Part shown: in pieces, positions 29,045 to 42,530 of the stretch
Layout of the letters: each line of letters starts with the position of its first letter
How positions within the stretch are numbered: position 1 is the first letter of the stretch
Assembly: GCA_951406725.2 (NCBI GenBank)
Contig: OX597826.1
Span: 70,618,001-70,682,000 of the forward strand
Source of the DNA: Octopus vulgaris
Lineage: Eukaryota
Reading direction: 5' to 3'
DNA length: 64,000 bases
Translations under genes and position numbers: made by a program
The notes under the pieces: generated by a model
Told to the model about the DNA's origin: nothing
The model's input: only the letters and a program-made list of their open reading frames with translations
Databases searched by the model: none

Positions 29045-30077
29045 CTTTGATTTTAGCGAAAAAAAATGAGGAAGGATTGTAACTCAAACAAATCTCAAAA
29101 TAATCTCTAAGGGCAACAAACGGAAAAGAACTAACCAGTTCCCTAAGGTCCTGGTTTATTTAACTAAGTAATAATAACAAATATACAATGTAAAATAATA
29201 TGAATAATATTAAAACGCAACGATGTGCGAGCACGCGTCGATAGACGAACAGCAACAACATCAACAACAACGACAACAACAACAACAACAACAATAATAA
29301 TAATAGTAATAATAATAATAATGATAATAGAAATAATAACAACAGCAACAACAACAACAGGAATTCAGTATACAAAAAACAAAGATGGCATTACAACAAA
29401 ACTAAAAAAAAGAGAGAAAAAAGTAAAATATCTTGAATGATTAAACTCATAGCTTTCTCCATGGAAAACTCAAATAAACTCAGCAGAACGACAATATAAA
29501 TACATTTTGACTCCCTCAAACAGGCTAAGAACACGCTTCACAATATATGAACCACGTTTAACACTGGAGAAGATGATAAATAAACTAGAAGAAAGCATAG
29601 TGGAATCGATGAGAATGGATCAATCTGGCTAAACTATACACGAATAAATAGCTCGAAGGTAGAATACATAAATGTCAAAGGAAGCTACAAGAAATTGTGA
29701 TCGTGGAAAGAAACCACCTGAATATCGATAGAGCAATCGATTGAAAAGTAATGTTAAAATGGGTGGAAACTGGATCCCATCCTAATATAATCAGACGCCA
29801 TTTTTACCATACCTCACGAGAAAGAAAGAAAATATGTTAAATAAAATTGAACCTCTTCCACAAAAGAAAGGAAAAGAAAATTGTTAGAAAGTTCTATCTT
29901 TACTTAACGAAATGGAAAAGTAAAAATCTGATAACAAAAAAAGAGGAAATAAATGAAAATAATTTATAAAATATATTAATAGAAAAAGAATATACACGAA
30001 TATAAAAAAAGCGTTTTAGGAAATTATATCAGCAAAAACATGCGACATGACATGTTTGAAGAAACCTAACCGCTTCT

Positions 30078-30310
30078 GAAGGCGGCGAGCTGGCAGAAAC
30101 GTTAGCACACCGGGCGAAATGCTGGGCGGTGTTTCGTCTGCCGCTATGTTCTGAGTTCAAATTCCGTCGAGGTTGACTCTGCCTTTCATCCTTTCGGGGT
30201 CGATTAAATAGGCACCAGTTACGCACTGGGGTCGATGTAATCGACTTAATCCGTTTGTCTGTCCTTATTTGTCCCCTCTATGTTTAGCCCCTTGAGGGCA
30301 ATAAAGAAAC
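30078..30310 (+). mobile_element. SINE family A, full length
   Basis: 19-bp TSD AAGAAACCTAACCGCTTCT at 30059-30077 and 30311-30329. Confidence 0.93.
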
Positions 30311-30469
30311 AAGAAACCTAACCGCTTCTTTCAGAACAATGAATCAAACGCCAAACGATTTTGCAAGGCTATTTAACCAAAAATCCCCCGGATGACACAC
30401 CAACAATATTAGAGGAGACACTAACAACGCTGGAAGTTCAAATGTCTTCTCATATGAAACCTTGGAGTG

Positions 30470-31330
30470 TGGATGGCTCGTCCGACAAATCTGCTTCATT
30501 CATCTCTCTGCAGCTAATTTAACTGTCGCAATTTTAAACCCGTTATCCTTTTATGCTTTCGATCTAATGTTTCTCTAGCCTTTTCCAAGGATTTCTCTTG
30601 TCTTCTTCATGGTCTTTTCTCAGGACCTTCTCCTGCAACGAACAATAATTCTAGGCTTTCTACCCAGATAGCCTGTCCAAAATATGGCAATCTTTGGTCG
30701 TCTACTTCTTTTAAGAGACTCCACGTGTTCTAATTTAGTCTAACGCTAACTGTTCTGCCCTTTTCCTTACTGTTCAGCTAATTATTAGGATTCTTCTATA
30801 AGAGCAACCTTGAAAATCCTCTGTCTTTAGTCTAACAGTTTTCTGAAGCGTTTAGTATTCAGATCCATACATTGCTATTGAAAATATCAAAGTGTCCTGC
30901 AATCTAAGCCTGGTAACTTTACATACTGATGGATTTTTTTCCTAAAAGCAGTTTAACGAGATAATAGAGGATTTGGCTGTTTGTAAAATTTCTTTCAACT
31001 CTTTGCTGTTATCACATTGATTTGTAATAAATCTTCTAAGATATTGTGGGATGAATGATTGATTTAGGTTCCTCAAAATTAATGAGTTGATCATATTCTT
31101 CGCTTGTTTCTTTCCTTTTCTTCATCAAAATCCTCAGTTCTTCTACGCTACTAACCATAAGGACGGTGTCATCAGCATATCTAAAATCGACAACCATTCT
31201 TCCACCGACCTTAATTGTATCTCCAGAACTTTCTAAAACTTTCCTCATTACTCTTTTTGCAGAGATTGTTACGCAGAGAAAAAGAAAGGGCGTATCCTTG
31301 TCGCACTTCGGTTCAGCCCCAAGCTATTCA
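30470..31330 (-). mobile_element. Decayed RTE-like LINE reverse transcriptase
   Basis: VRQG motif followed by IKVGGRMVVDFRYADDTVLMVSSVEELRILM (YADD), similar to RTE/BovB RT; many stops downstream. Confidence 0.85.
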
Positions 31331-31991
31331 GTGAAGTTTATGTAAGTTTGAACAGCTGCAAATGAAGTGATATTAATATTTACATAAAATATTAAGGAGA
31401 GTGCTGTTTCTGTCGACATTAATCGAAATTTGTCATAAATGAATGTGTCAGATGTGTACAAGGAACGCAATATGAAACAAACAAACAAACAAAAAATCAA
31501 TTCAAAAAATCAGACTGCAATGGATCAAAAGGGAAAAAGATTTTTTAAAAAAGCAGAATAGCACCATGAGTTTGATCGACCATATGTGGCAAGGAAATAT
31601 CACCAACACTTTAAGAAAGACAGTCAATAGCAGTCAATGAACTGGCGAATACAGCAATATCAACACTTGAATAGGTGCCGGTGAGGAAAAACAACGTTAA
31701 TTCTTAAAAATAAAACAAGTGGAGACCTCTAAAACAACAGGTTTTTTTTACCCCAATGACAACAACCTACAAAATCCTAACACTCATATTCTAAAACTGG
31801 CTGGTTGTTGACGTAAAGAGCAATAACAATTTAACAGAGAAATACAAAGGGTACCGGGAAGATAAAGGATATACTTACATGCATTCTAAAACAAACTCAT
31901 TCCGACATAAAGAAATAATTGAAATATTTTATTATTCATATATTATTCATATTCGTATTACTTAGGAGAAATTACAGTAAACACGAGAATT

Positions 31992-32233
31992 ACTCTTTAC
32001 TCTTTTACTTGTTTCAGTCATTTGACTGCGGCCATGCTGGAGCACCGCCTTTAGTCGAGCAAATCGACCCCAGGACTTATTCTTTGTAAGCCTAGTACTT
32101 ATTCTATCGGTCTCTTTTTGCCGAGCTGCTAAGTTACGGGGACGTAAACACGCCAGCATCGGTTGTCAAGCGATGTTGGAGGGACAAATACACACACACA
32201 AACATACATACACACACACACAAACACACACAT

Positions 32234-32312
<79 letters not shown>

Positions 32313-32487
32313 CATACGTATATACGACGGGCTTCCTTCAGTTTCCGTCTACCAGATCTACTCACAAGGCTTTGGTCGGCCTGAGGCTATAGTAGAAGAC
32401 ACTTGCCCAAGGTTCCACGCAGTGAGACTGAACCCGGAACCATGTAGTTCGTAAGCAAGCTACTTACTACAGCCACTCCTGCGCCTA
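31992..32487 (-). mobile_element. SINE family B, full length
   Basis: Matches family B. Confidence 0.92.
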
Positions 32488-32976
32488 TGGACTTTTCACT
32501 ATTATGGTTGCTCGGAACCCTGCATTAGATGTTCTGAGTCAACCAGAACTGATCATCAGGGAACACTTCGTTGCATTCAATTACAGAGAATCAATGCATT
32601 GCGTTTTAGAGGATAGAAAGCGTATCGGAAAGAGATGTGTAGGATTACAACTGTCTTGCGTTGTAAGCAAAATGACTCCAGCATAAGGATAGAATTCAAA
32701 ATATGTTTTTTTTTTGCAGCAAAAATGTCAATATCGTACATGAAATATCACTTCCACTTGGCTACTGGTTGGAATCTCGTGGCTCCAGAAATATTCCGAA
32801 CAAATACCAAATCTAATACTGCTCATGAGATAGTTGTCAATGGATCTAAAAATAAATTTTCCATAAAATGTACGAATAGTAGACATTGAACTTTCCAAGT
32901 CAAAAGGAGTGTTCATGTAAAAAACGAAAACGCAGCAAGTTTAAATAAGATATGTATGGCAATACAAGAATGTCTG

Positions 32977-33350
32977 TTACCTCCGCTTTAGTGAAGGTGG
33001 AGGTGTTGTTTTCAGTTGTGTTTGTTTGTTTCTTTGTTTGTTTGTCCGTAGACAAGATATCTCAAGAACTGCTGGATAGATTCGGATGAAACTTTCAGGG
33101 ATGTTTGGCCTCGTGACTGGCACGAACTGATTAAATTTTGGCAACGATCCGGTACCGGACAAAGGTTCTAGATTATTTTTCGTTTTTTTCCCACTTAACT
33201 TTTGAGAGCGGTCGGGTTCATTTTTTAGCATTCTCGTTTGTCAGAGTAGTCGAGTGTATTTCAGATATTCTCATTTCAAAAATATATCATCTCTGGCTAA
33301 TCGTTGAGGAGACGTTGATGTTGCCTTGGTGGAGGTTTGCGACGCATGCT
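32977..33350 (+). mobile_element. Helentron-associated (HINE/DINE-1-like) non-autonomous element
   Basis: 5' TTACCTCCGC...GGTGGAGGT hairpin, a (GTTT)n tract and a 3' CCTTGGTGGAGGT subterminal inverted repeat. Confidence 0.6.
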
Positions 33351-33432
33351 ATAAAATAAGTGATTGGGAAAAAATCAGTAAAAAGAATGTCCAAAGTTCC
33401 TTTGTATCGTGAAATGAAACTGTGTACATTAC

Positions 33433-33650
33433 TAATGGGTGCTGAAAAGTTCCTGGTTTTAAGGCTATCGCGAAAGGCCTAATTGGAGACCCAAAATTTT
33501 GAGTTATTTTACAGGGCTTAGAAAAACTGAAGGACCACTGCAATAAGTGTGTGAATCTGAGAGGGAAATATATTGGATAAAACCATAATTATCTGATCCT
33601 CCAGTATTTTCTTTTACTTAAAGCCAGGAACTTTTCAGCTTTCTCTCGTA
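33433..33650 (+). mobile_element. mariner-derived MITE
   Basis: TIRs GCTGAAAAGTTCCTGGTTTTAA and TTAAAGCCAGGAACTTTTCAGC, with the remnant GLEKLKDHCNKCVNLRGKYIG*. Confidence 0.8.
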
Positions 33651-34317
33651 TAAACAAGATTTGTTTACCAAAAGAAATATAACACAAACAGAAAATTCCT
33701 GAATAAGGATATCAAATAAGTGACATACGAAAAATATAAGAGTATAACACTGTGTGACGTGGATTTAATTGGAAGCAAGACAGCTCTGCCGAAAAGGAAA
33801 AATAATTCTGTTTAACTAATGTCAGGTAGGTTAAAGAAAGTCTCTCTGCTCGCGTACGAAACGAAAAGCAATTTGTGTGAAAAATGGTTGATGACGTTTG
33901 GTCGTATGACATGCAAAATAGAGTTTCCCTACAGAGTCTTTTCGACACTCAGGAGAATTAATTACAGATGTAAAGACTAGCTACAAGTGAATATAGAAAT
34001 TACTGGAGACAGCTAAAATGAATAAAGCAATCGTTAGTGTGGTACATAGATTGTTGAAAACTATTTAATAGTAAACTACACTCTTTGATACCAAAGATAC
34101 TAGTTACAAATAAAGCAGCTTTAACACTAGGATGATACATGTAATGCCATGTCAAAAAGTGAAAAAAAAAATGTTATCGTAAAACATAGAGAAGGCTTAA
34201 CTCAGTTTTGTATCTATAAAGAGAAAATCTTTTTCGTTGAGGTTTATTATTTCCCTGTTTTACTGCATAGCTCTGACTACATAACTAAGCAACTCTTCTG
34301 AATCTAAGAACAAATGC

Positions 34318-34998
34318 TGGGTTGTCCGGAAAGTTCGTGTCGATTTACAGTAGCTTACGTTTCGACTTATTTTAGAACATGGTTGAGTCCATAAAATAGG
34401 ATTTGACTACACCTCCATCCATTTAGAGCACAGTTTAAGTTATCTTTTCGTGGAAGAAGGTTTATGTTCCTACAACCTTTACTCGTTTACTCGTTTACTT
34501 GTTTCAGTCATTTGACTGCGGCCATGCTGGAGCACCGCCTTTGTTAATTTTGTAACCCTTTAAAATGGAAGAAAAGAAAGTTCGCTTTCGGCACTTTGTT
34601 AATTTTGTAACCCTTTAAAATGGAAGAAAAGAAAGTTCATTTTCGGCACTTGATGCTTTGGGAACCAGACAAAAATTGCTGCAGCTCGGCTGGGATGTAT
34701 TACTCCACCTTCCGTATTCACTAGATATTGCTCCTTCGGATTTCCACTTATTAAGGTCTCTGGAGAATAGTCTTAATGGTAAAAATTTCAATTCCTTGGA
34801 TGACGTAAAAAGATACCTTGATGAATTATTTGCCATGAAACCACCTCAATTCTGGGAAGAGGGTATTTTCAAGTTAAAAGGAAAGAGACATTTTGCAACA
34901 AAATGGTTCATATTTGGTTGATTAAAAATGTAATGGCAAGTATTTATTGATCTTTTTCTTTTCTTTAAAAATCGGCACGAACTTTCTGGACCACCCAA
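34318..34998 (+). mobile_element. Internally deleted mariner (DD34D) element
   Basis: TIRs TGGGTTGTCCGGAAAGTTCGTGTCGATTT and AAATCGGCACGAACTTTCTGGACCACCCA. KVHFRHLMLWE is fused to TRQKLLQLGWDVLLHLPYSLDIAPSDFHL (cf. HPPYSPDLAPSD). Confidence 0.9.
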
Positions 34999-35039
34999 TA
35001 GTTATAAATTGTACGTAGACAGTATAAACCATCACCTCC

Positions 35040-35310
35040 AGAAGCTTAAGCTATTAACAAGAAATAGTACCTAGCAGGGGAAACTACAAAAAATTGTTTA
35101 AGAACTCAGTCAGAATATAATAATTAGTATGAGACTAGACAAATCTGTCAAATCTACTATAAAGAAGAGACGAAATAGCATTAAATCAAATCCAAGCACT
35201 AAGATCAGAAAACCAGACCTGAACTACTCTTACAAATCCTTATGAGCAAATGAAATTGATATAACACACAGAAGGGTCAGGGTAGCATCTAGAACTGGAC
35301 TCAATATTAA
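35040..35310 (+). mobile_element. Decayed RT segment of an R4/Dong-like LINE (may extend left of the mariner to about 33960)
   Basis: Translation ...ISMRLDKSVKSTIKK...YSYKSL...RRVRVASRTGLN resembles MEFGLDKCAK...YKYLG...RRVRxxLKTELN. Confidence 0.45.
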
Positions 35311-35319
35311 GAATAAGAT

Positions 35320-35906
35320 TAAGGTGGTGAGCTGGCAGAATCGTTACCGTGCCGCTCTAAATGCTTAACATTTCGTCCATCTTTACGTTCAGAGTTCTAA
35401 TTCCACCGAGGTCGACTTAGTCTTTCACCCTTTGGAGATTGATAAAATAAATACCAGCAGAGCACTGGGGGGGGGGCGACGTAATCGACTATCCCCTTCC
35501 TCCGAAATTGCTGTTCTTGTACCAGAATTTGAAACCAATATTGGAAGACCCCCTTCGGTCGTGAATGATCATGGTATTGCACCTAGAAAGTTACCCTCCG
35601 AAGCACAAGTCCGGGCAAGATTGTTTATGGAAGACCAGCAGTCGCCCATGCATACCAGACTCCGCTCTCCACTCCACTGATGTTATCCAAGGGAAAGGCA
35701 AAGGGGCCGATACAGCTTGGCACCTGTGACGTCGCAACTCATTTCTACAGCTGAGTTAACTGGAGCAACGTGAAATAAAGTATCCTAGCTGTTCGGCAAA
35801 AGAGACCGATAGAATAAGTACTAGGCTTAGACAGAATAAATACTGGGGTCGATTTCCTCGACTAAAGGCGGTGCTCCAGCATGGCCGCAGTCAAATGACT
35901 GAAACG
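35320..35906. mobile_element. SINE cluster: family A (+, 35320-35545), headless family E/D-related copy (-, 35548-35782), family B tail (+, 35788-35906)
   Basis: Motif matches to other copies; E shares TTTCACGTT(G/A)CTC..GT..ACTCAGCTG with 53882-54144. Confidence 0.7.
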
Positions 35907-36197
35907 ATTAACCCTTTTTGTATAAAATTTAAATATTCATCGTCCGACACATCACAAAACATAATCACCACCTAACAAGATAACACAACTTATATTGGAT
36001 ACATTCTAACGTAACAAAGTAAAATGATATACAAAATTCACACCAGAAACAGCAAAGAACACCCTACAACAAGGCCAGACTAATGCAGCATAGAAACACT
36101 CCTCTGCGCTCCCAAAAGACAATGTTGTGCGCAGCTCAAGAACATAAAGGTGTGCCTGGTGATGGAGTAGGACGCTGGCAAGGAACTGTGGAAAACA

Positions 36198-37225
<1,028 letters not shown>

Positions 37226-37521
37226 ACTGATTATAGTAATAAAAACAGCAACCCTCTAATTTTCCATAATGATAATTCTAAAATTACAAAACAAGAGTAT
37301 AAACAAATAAAAAAATTAATCGAAATAAATTAAATAATAAAAAAAAATAGCTAAGACATAAAAAAAAGGAACAAAGACTGTTTCACTTGGTCTGAGTCCA
37401 ATCTAATTAAGTATACTTTATAACTATTTCGGTCTAATATTGATCTGATTCGATTATATAGCGACAGTTGTATTGTTGTTGTTGTTGTTGTTATTATTGT
37501 CATGGTTGTTGCTATTGCTGC

Positions 37522-37552
<31 letters not shown>

Positions 37553-37639
37553 GAGAGTTCGTTAGATTTCGTTAACACACCTCTGCTTCCAATCGTTCAC
37601 CCATGCCAAATGTGGATGGTATGGTTGTACGAATGTATA

Positions 37640-37691
37640 AACGTATGTATGAATGTGTGTGTGTGCGTGCGTGTGTCCATGTGTCCGTGTG

Positions 37692-37729
<38 letters not shown>

Positions 37730-37894
37730 TGTGTGTACACACTCAGCCGTAAATTTTATCCGATTTATGCCCGTAACATATTTTCATATGTACAAATACA
37801 ATGTTCATTCCTCGCTAATCACTTTTTGCTTCGTCACTCAAATTGCTTTTCTTGGCCAAAGGTAATATGTACGTATATATATATATATATATAT

Positions 37895-37975
<81 letters not shown>

Positions 37976-38070
37976 TATATATACATTCATCTATATCTAT
38001 ATCTATATCTATATCTATCTATCTATATATATATGTATATATATATATATACATGTATGCATTTATGTGC

Positions 38071-38107
<37 letters not shown>

Positions 38108-38235
38108 ATAAGTATATATATATATATATATATATATGTTTAAATATGTATATATATGCACATATATATACATATAAATACATATGTATATATGTATCTG
38201 TATGCATATATACACGTTTGCGAGTGTGTTTGTGT

Positions 38236-38278
<43 letters not shown>

Positions 38279-38870
38279 CGTGCGCGTGTATGTGTGTGCG
38301 CGCGTGCGCGCGTGCGCGTGAATTTTAAAAGAGTAAAAAAAATGCAGAAAAATATATGAAGGAATGGAAGAGTAAAGAATTAATACTGGAAGCCCATCTC
38401 TACTTCTTCCTTCTTCAAAAACAAAGCACTTTCTTCATTACAATCAGTCGCATCCATTTTAAATTATTATGACTTCCTCATGTACACCTCCGCCTCTCAC
38501 TCCTCCTCTTCTATTAAACTCTCTCTTTCCTTTTCTTTTGTTCCTCTTATCTGTGTTATACCTACTCCTCTTCCTCCTCCTCCTCAGAGTAGGTCGTGCG
38601 CATGATCACACAGACAAATATATATGCATGTATGTGTTTGTATGTATGTGTGTGTGTAATTGTATTTATATATATATATATATTATATATATATATATAT
38701 GTATGTATACATATATATATATGTATACATACATATATATATGTATATATACGTATGTGTGTGTATATATGTATATGTTTGTATATGTGCATATATTTAT
38801 TGATCTTTATACATGTATACGTATTTGTATATAAATGTATAGATGTGTGTGTGTGTATGTATGAGTATGT
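37640..38870. repeat. (TG)n, (TA)n and (TATATC)n compound microsatellites
   Basis: Direct reading. Confidence 0.9.
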
Positions 38871-39969
38871 ACGCCTATGCGTTCGTGTCCGTGTGTCGAG
38901 TGGATAATATGTATATACACATATATGCGTCCATGCGTCCACACACATAATTCGATAAGTCTACAGCTGAGCTGTGATGGCAAAAAAACTTACAAAGGAA
39001 ATCCTGAGTTTGGATAAGTTTATGTGGGATGAAAAGGAATATGACGTTTCGGATATAATTCTTCGTCAGAGAGCGAAAATATATTTCACTTGAGTGATTT
39101 AGATAACGCTGACAATGTAAAAGGACAGACAGCATGAAGGTAAGTAAAGAGTGAGTAGGGGCAATGTATGAGATAAAAAGACAAGAGCTCACATGTTTGA
39201 GCTGACCAAGTAGTTGTAAACCAACAACTCCGCTGTTTCTCTCACTAATGCTACCGACCTCTTTTCCATCATTTGACCTTGCAAGTTTGTTCACTTCATA
39301 ATTCTCTAAGTACGTCACCTTAACTACGAAATTATGACATTCTAATCGATAACAAAAATTGCGATCTTTATCAACCCAGCTGTCAGACTCCAATGCCGTC
39401 CATGACTGCCAAACCATGACATACTGTGAGTGATGCAATTCTGGAGAGGGGCTTAGTCTACATATTCATGAAGTTTGTTTCGTTTATATTCAAAGGCTCT
39501 CATTTAATTTCTAGCACGTATAAGATGCAAAAAAGAAAATAATTTCATTGTAATTTTCACAACAAACGTAGAGCATATCATACGCTCTTATCTTTTAGCG
39601 AAAATTTTCTCTTGTATCTTACCAGCGCAAAGGTTTCACTACGTCCACAAGCTGAATAAGCCGTTGGGCGAAACTTGGCCTCCCAGTCAACATTATACAG
39701 TTCTGAATTACCATGTCAGTAGATGGCAAAAGAGAGAAACATCCAGTCACAACATGGCGTTACAGGTTACAATTATTGATATTCACGAATACACAAAGTT
39801 ACTTGAAGTGTGTTGTCCTTTTAACCGAGATACTTAGAAGGCTTAGATGCTTAAACTTTGAACGAAAGATTTATAATTCCAAATTCTTGTTTCCCTGTAG
39901 GAATTCTCGTAGTTCGTTTTTGGATTTGGTTTGCAAGATTCTTTATGTGAGTTCGTGTGTTGAAGCATA

Positions 39970-40450
39970 TTTTGTTGTGTGTGGAGAGAGTTATTCCCTT
40001 TTAGTGCCATATTATTTAACACACTCACGGTAAAGTTTCTACTCATTTACTTATTTATTTTTTCTAAAATCTTCGTTGCGTCTCGCAACCTTTTCAACAG
40101 TCGTTGACTCTGTCCATTGAATAGTCAGAGTAAATGAGTGGAAACTTTACCGGCGAGTGTGTTAAATAATAAGGCACTAAAAGAGAATGACTCTCCCCCA
40201 GACACATCAAAATTCTTGTAGTATTTTAGAAAAATATGTGCTACACAGTTTGCACGAATGACGTTGTTTTATTTCGTTTTTATCTGTTTTGCTTCTATAG
40301 TTGGTTAGCAAGATTCTTGATGTCATCTCATGCGTTGAAATGGGATTTTCTGTATTTCGGGAGGGTCGTTATGCTAATAATAAACACAGACAGATATGAA
40401 GCAGCCTTGGTTCGAATGGTGACAAATGTATTTGACAAACCTAGTTGATT
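39970..40450 (-). mobile_element. Penelope-like relic with an inverted terminal repeat (arms 39970-40051 and 40129-40212)
   Basis: Inverted arms of about 80 bp, a hammerhead-like motif in the spacer, and an adjacent minus frame containing CKLCST (cf. GIY-YIG C-terminal CxLC). Confidence 0.6.
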
Positions 40451-40747
40451 GGTTGATTGACCGAAGGGGTAATCAAAAAATCTATTAGTTAATTAGTTGA
40501 ATATAAACTAATTGAGTAATAATACTAAAAGAAGTGAAATAGAACCAGCACATGTGTTTATCACTAGCGTAATGACCCTCCCAAGATAAAAAATGTTATT
40601 TTGCTCCAGTCATGTTCTCTTTTTGATATACACTATCGTGTGTCCTATAGTCTACTAATATTCTTAGCAGTCTTTGCAAACAATTTGTTCCTACCCAAAC
40701 CTGACATCCCTAGTTTAGTCAGAAGATAATTTATTTTATCTCATTGA

Positions 40748-41168
40748 AAAAAGGCGGCGAGCTGGCAGAAACGTTAGCACGCCGGGCGAAATGCTTTAGC
40801 AGTATTTCGTCTGCCGTAACGTTCCGAGTTCAAATTCCGCCGAGGTCGACTTTGCCTTTCATCCTTTCGGGGTCGATAAATTAAGTACCAGTTACGCACT
40901 GGGGTCGATGTAATCGACTTAATCCGTTTGTCTGTCCTTGTTTGTCCTCTCTGTTTTTAGCCCCTTGTGGGTAGTAAAGAAATAGGTATTTCGTCTGCCG
41001 CTACGTTCTGAGTTCAAATTCCGCCGAGGTCTACTTTACCGTTCATCCTTTCGGGGTCGATAAACTAAGTACCAGTTACGCACTGGGGTCGATGTAATCG
41101 ACTTAATCCGTTTGTCTGTCCTTGTTTGTCCTCTCTGTGTTTAGCCCCTTGTGGGTAGTTAAAAATAA
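40748..41168 (+). mobile_element. Dimeric SINE family A
   Basis: A full unit plus a headless unit inside one 20-bp TSD, AATTTATTTTATCTCATTGA (40728-40747 and 41169-41188). Confidence 0.93.
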
Positions 41169-41821
41169 AATTTATTTTATCTCATTGATTATTATTAACA
41201 CCGTAAAAGTTAAATAAAATATATAGAAATGAAAGTATCTCAGAAATATTAGGAGTCACTTTTCATTACTTATTCGTCTGGTGTTTTCTTTTTGTTTTTC
41301 TTTTAGCTAAAATTTAAATTTATTTGTTTCATTTATGATTTAATGCAATCTTTCTTTTTGACATTTCTTTAGAGCTTGAAATACGTAAACCAAGCAAAAC
41401 ACCACCCTCCCTTCACTGCTGTCCGGACCTGAGCGATATGTAGTGTTTCTTGTATAAATAGTTAACGTGTCTTGTACTTGTCTGTTGTTATGTGATGACG
41501 TTATATGAAGTTGTTTTTAACTTCGTATAACGTCATCACATTTTAATCGAATTGTTATGCAAGTATATTTATTTTCGCCCTGTTATTTATGCATACACAA
41601 CACGCACACAAAAACACACACACACACACACACGTGCACACGCGCGTGTGTTAGCCTGTGCGCATGGTCTGTGAGTATCACGTAAGGCTGGAGATTGGAG
41701 CGATGACCTACCCTGCAAACACTATACGGACACAAAGATGTTTTCCTGGGGCTAAAACAACAGTAACATCTTCCTTTATAGGACTGCCACATTCTGTTGG
41801 CAAATAAACTTTACTATATAT

Positions 41822-41979
41822 AAGTGGCTGTGTTGTAAGTAGCTTGCTAACCAACCACATGGTTCCGGGTTCAGTCCCACTGCGTGGCATCTTGGGCAAG
41901 TGTCTTCTGCTATAGCCCCAGGCCGACCAATGCCTTGTGAGTGGATTTGGTAGACGGAAACTGAAAGAAGCCTGTCGTA

Positions 41980-42052
<73 letters not shown>

Positions 42053-42265
42053 ATGTGTTTGTGTGTCTGTGTTTGTCCCTCTAGCATTGCTTGACAACTG
42101 ATGCTGGTGTGTTTACGTCCCCGTCACTTAGCGGTTAGGCAAAAGAGACCGATAAAATAAGTACTGGGCTTACAAAGAATAAGTCTCGGGGTCGATTTGC
42201 TCGACTAAAGGCGGTGCTCCAGCATGGCCGCAGTTAAATGACTGAAACAAGTATAAAAGAAAGAG
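41822..42265 (+). mobile_element. SINE family B
   Basis: Matches family B. Confidence 0.92.
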
Positions 42266-42301
<36 letters not shown>

Positions 42302-42530
42302 ATAAAGGGTAAAATTGATTAATTAATTAATAATTTTACCAAGTAGTTCGGAATGTTAAAAGAACCATCATCGGTTAACTTAAATATAAATTCTTATAAT
42401 TATGAGTATAATTGTAATTAGGGTTCAGCAAAAAATTTGCTTCACCACATACCGAAAATTTAGAAATAGCAGCCAAACACCTAGCTATTTCTCTACCATA
42501 CAAAAATCTCCCTGTTGAGTATTGTTGTCT
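42302..42530 (+). repeat. AT-rich interspersed repeat abutting (TA)n; related segment at 61518-61590
   Basis: Shared TAAAGGGTAAAATT...ATAATTTTACCAAGTAGTTCGG.ATGTTAAAAGAACC. Confidence 0.7.

Noticed and set aside
38875-39438. 187-aa minus-strand ORF
   Set aside because: It has no recognisable motif, a non-ATG start, and ends in microsatellite.
41502-41529. Resemblance to loxP arms (TAACTTCGTATA)
   Set aside because: The arms face the opposite way to loxP and there is no 8-bp spacer or vector context; treated as coincidence.
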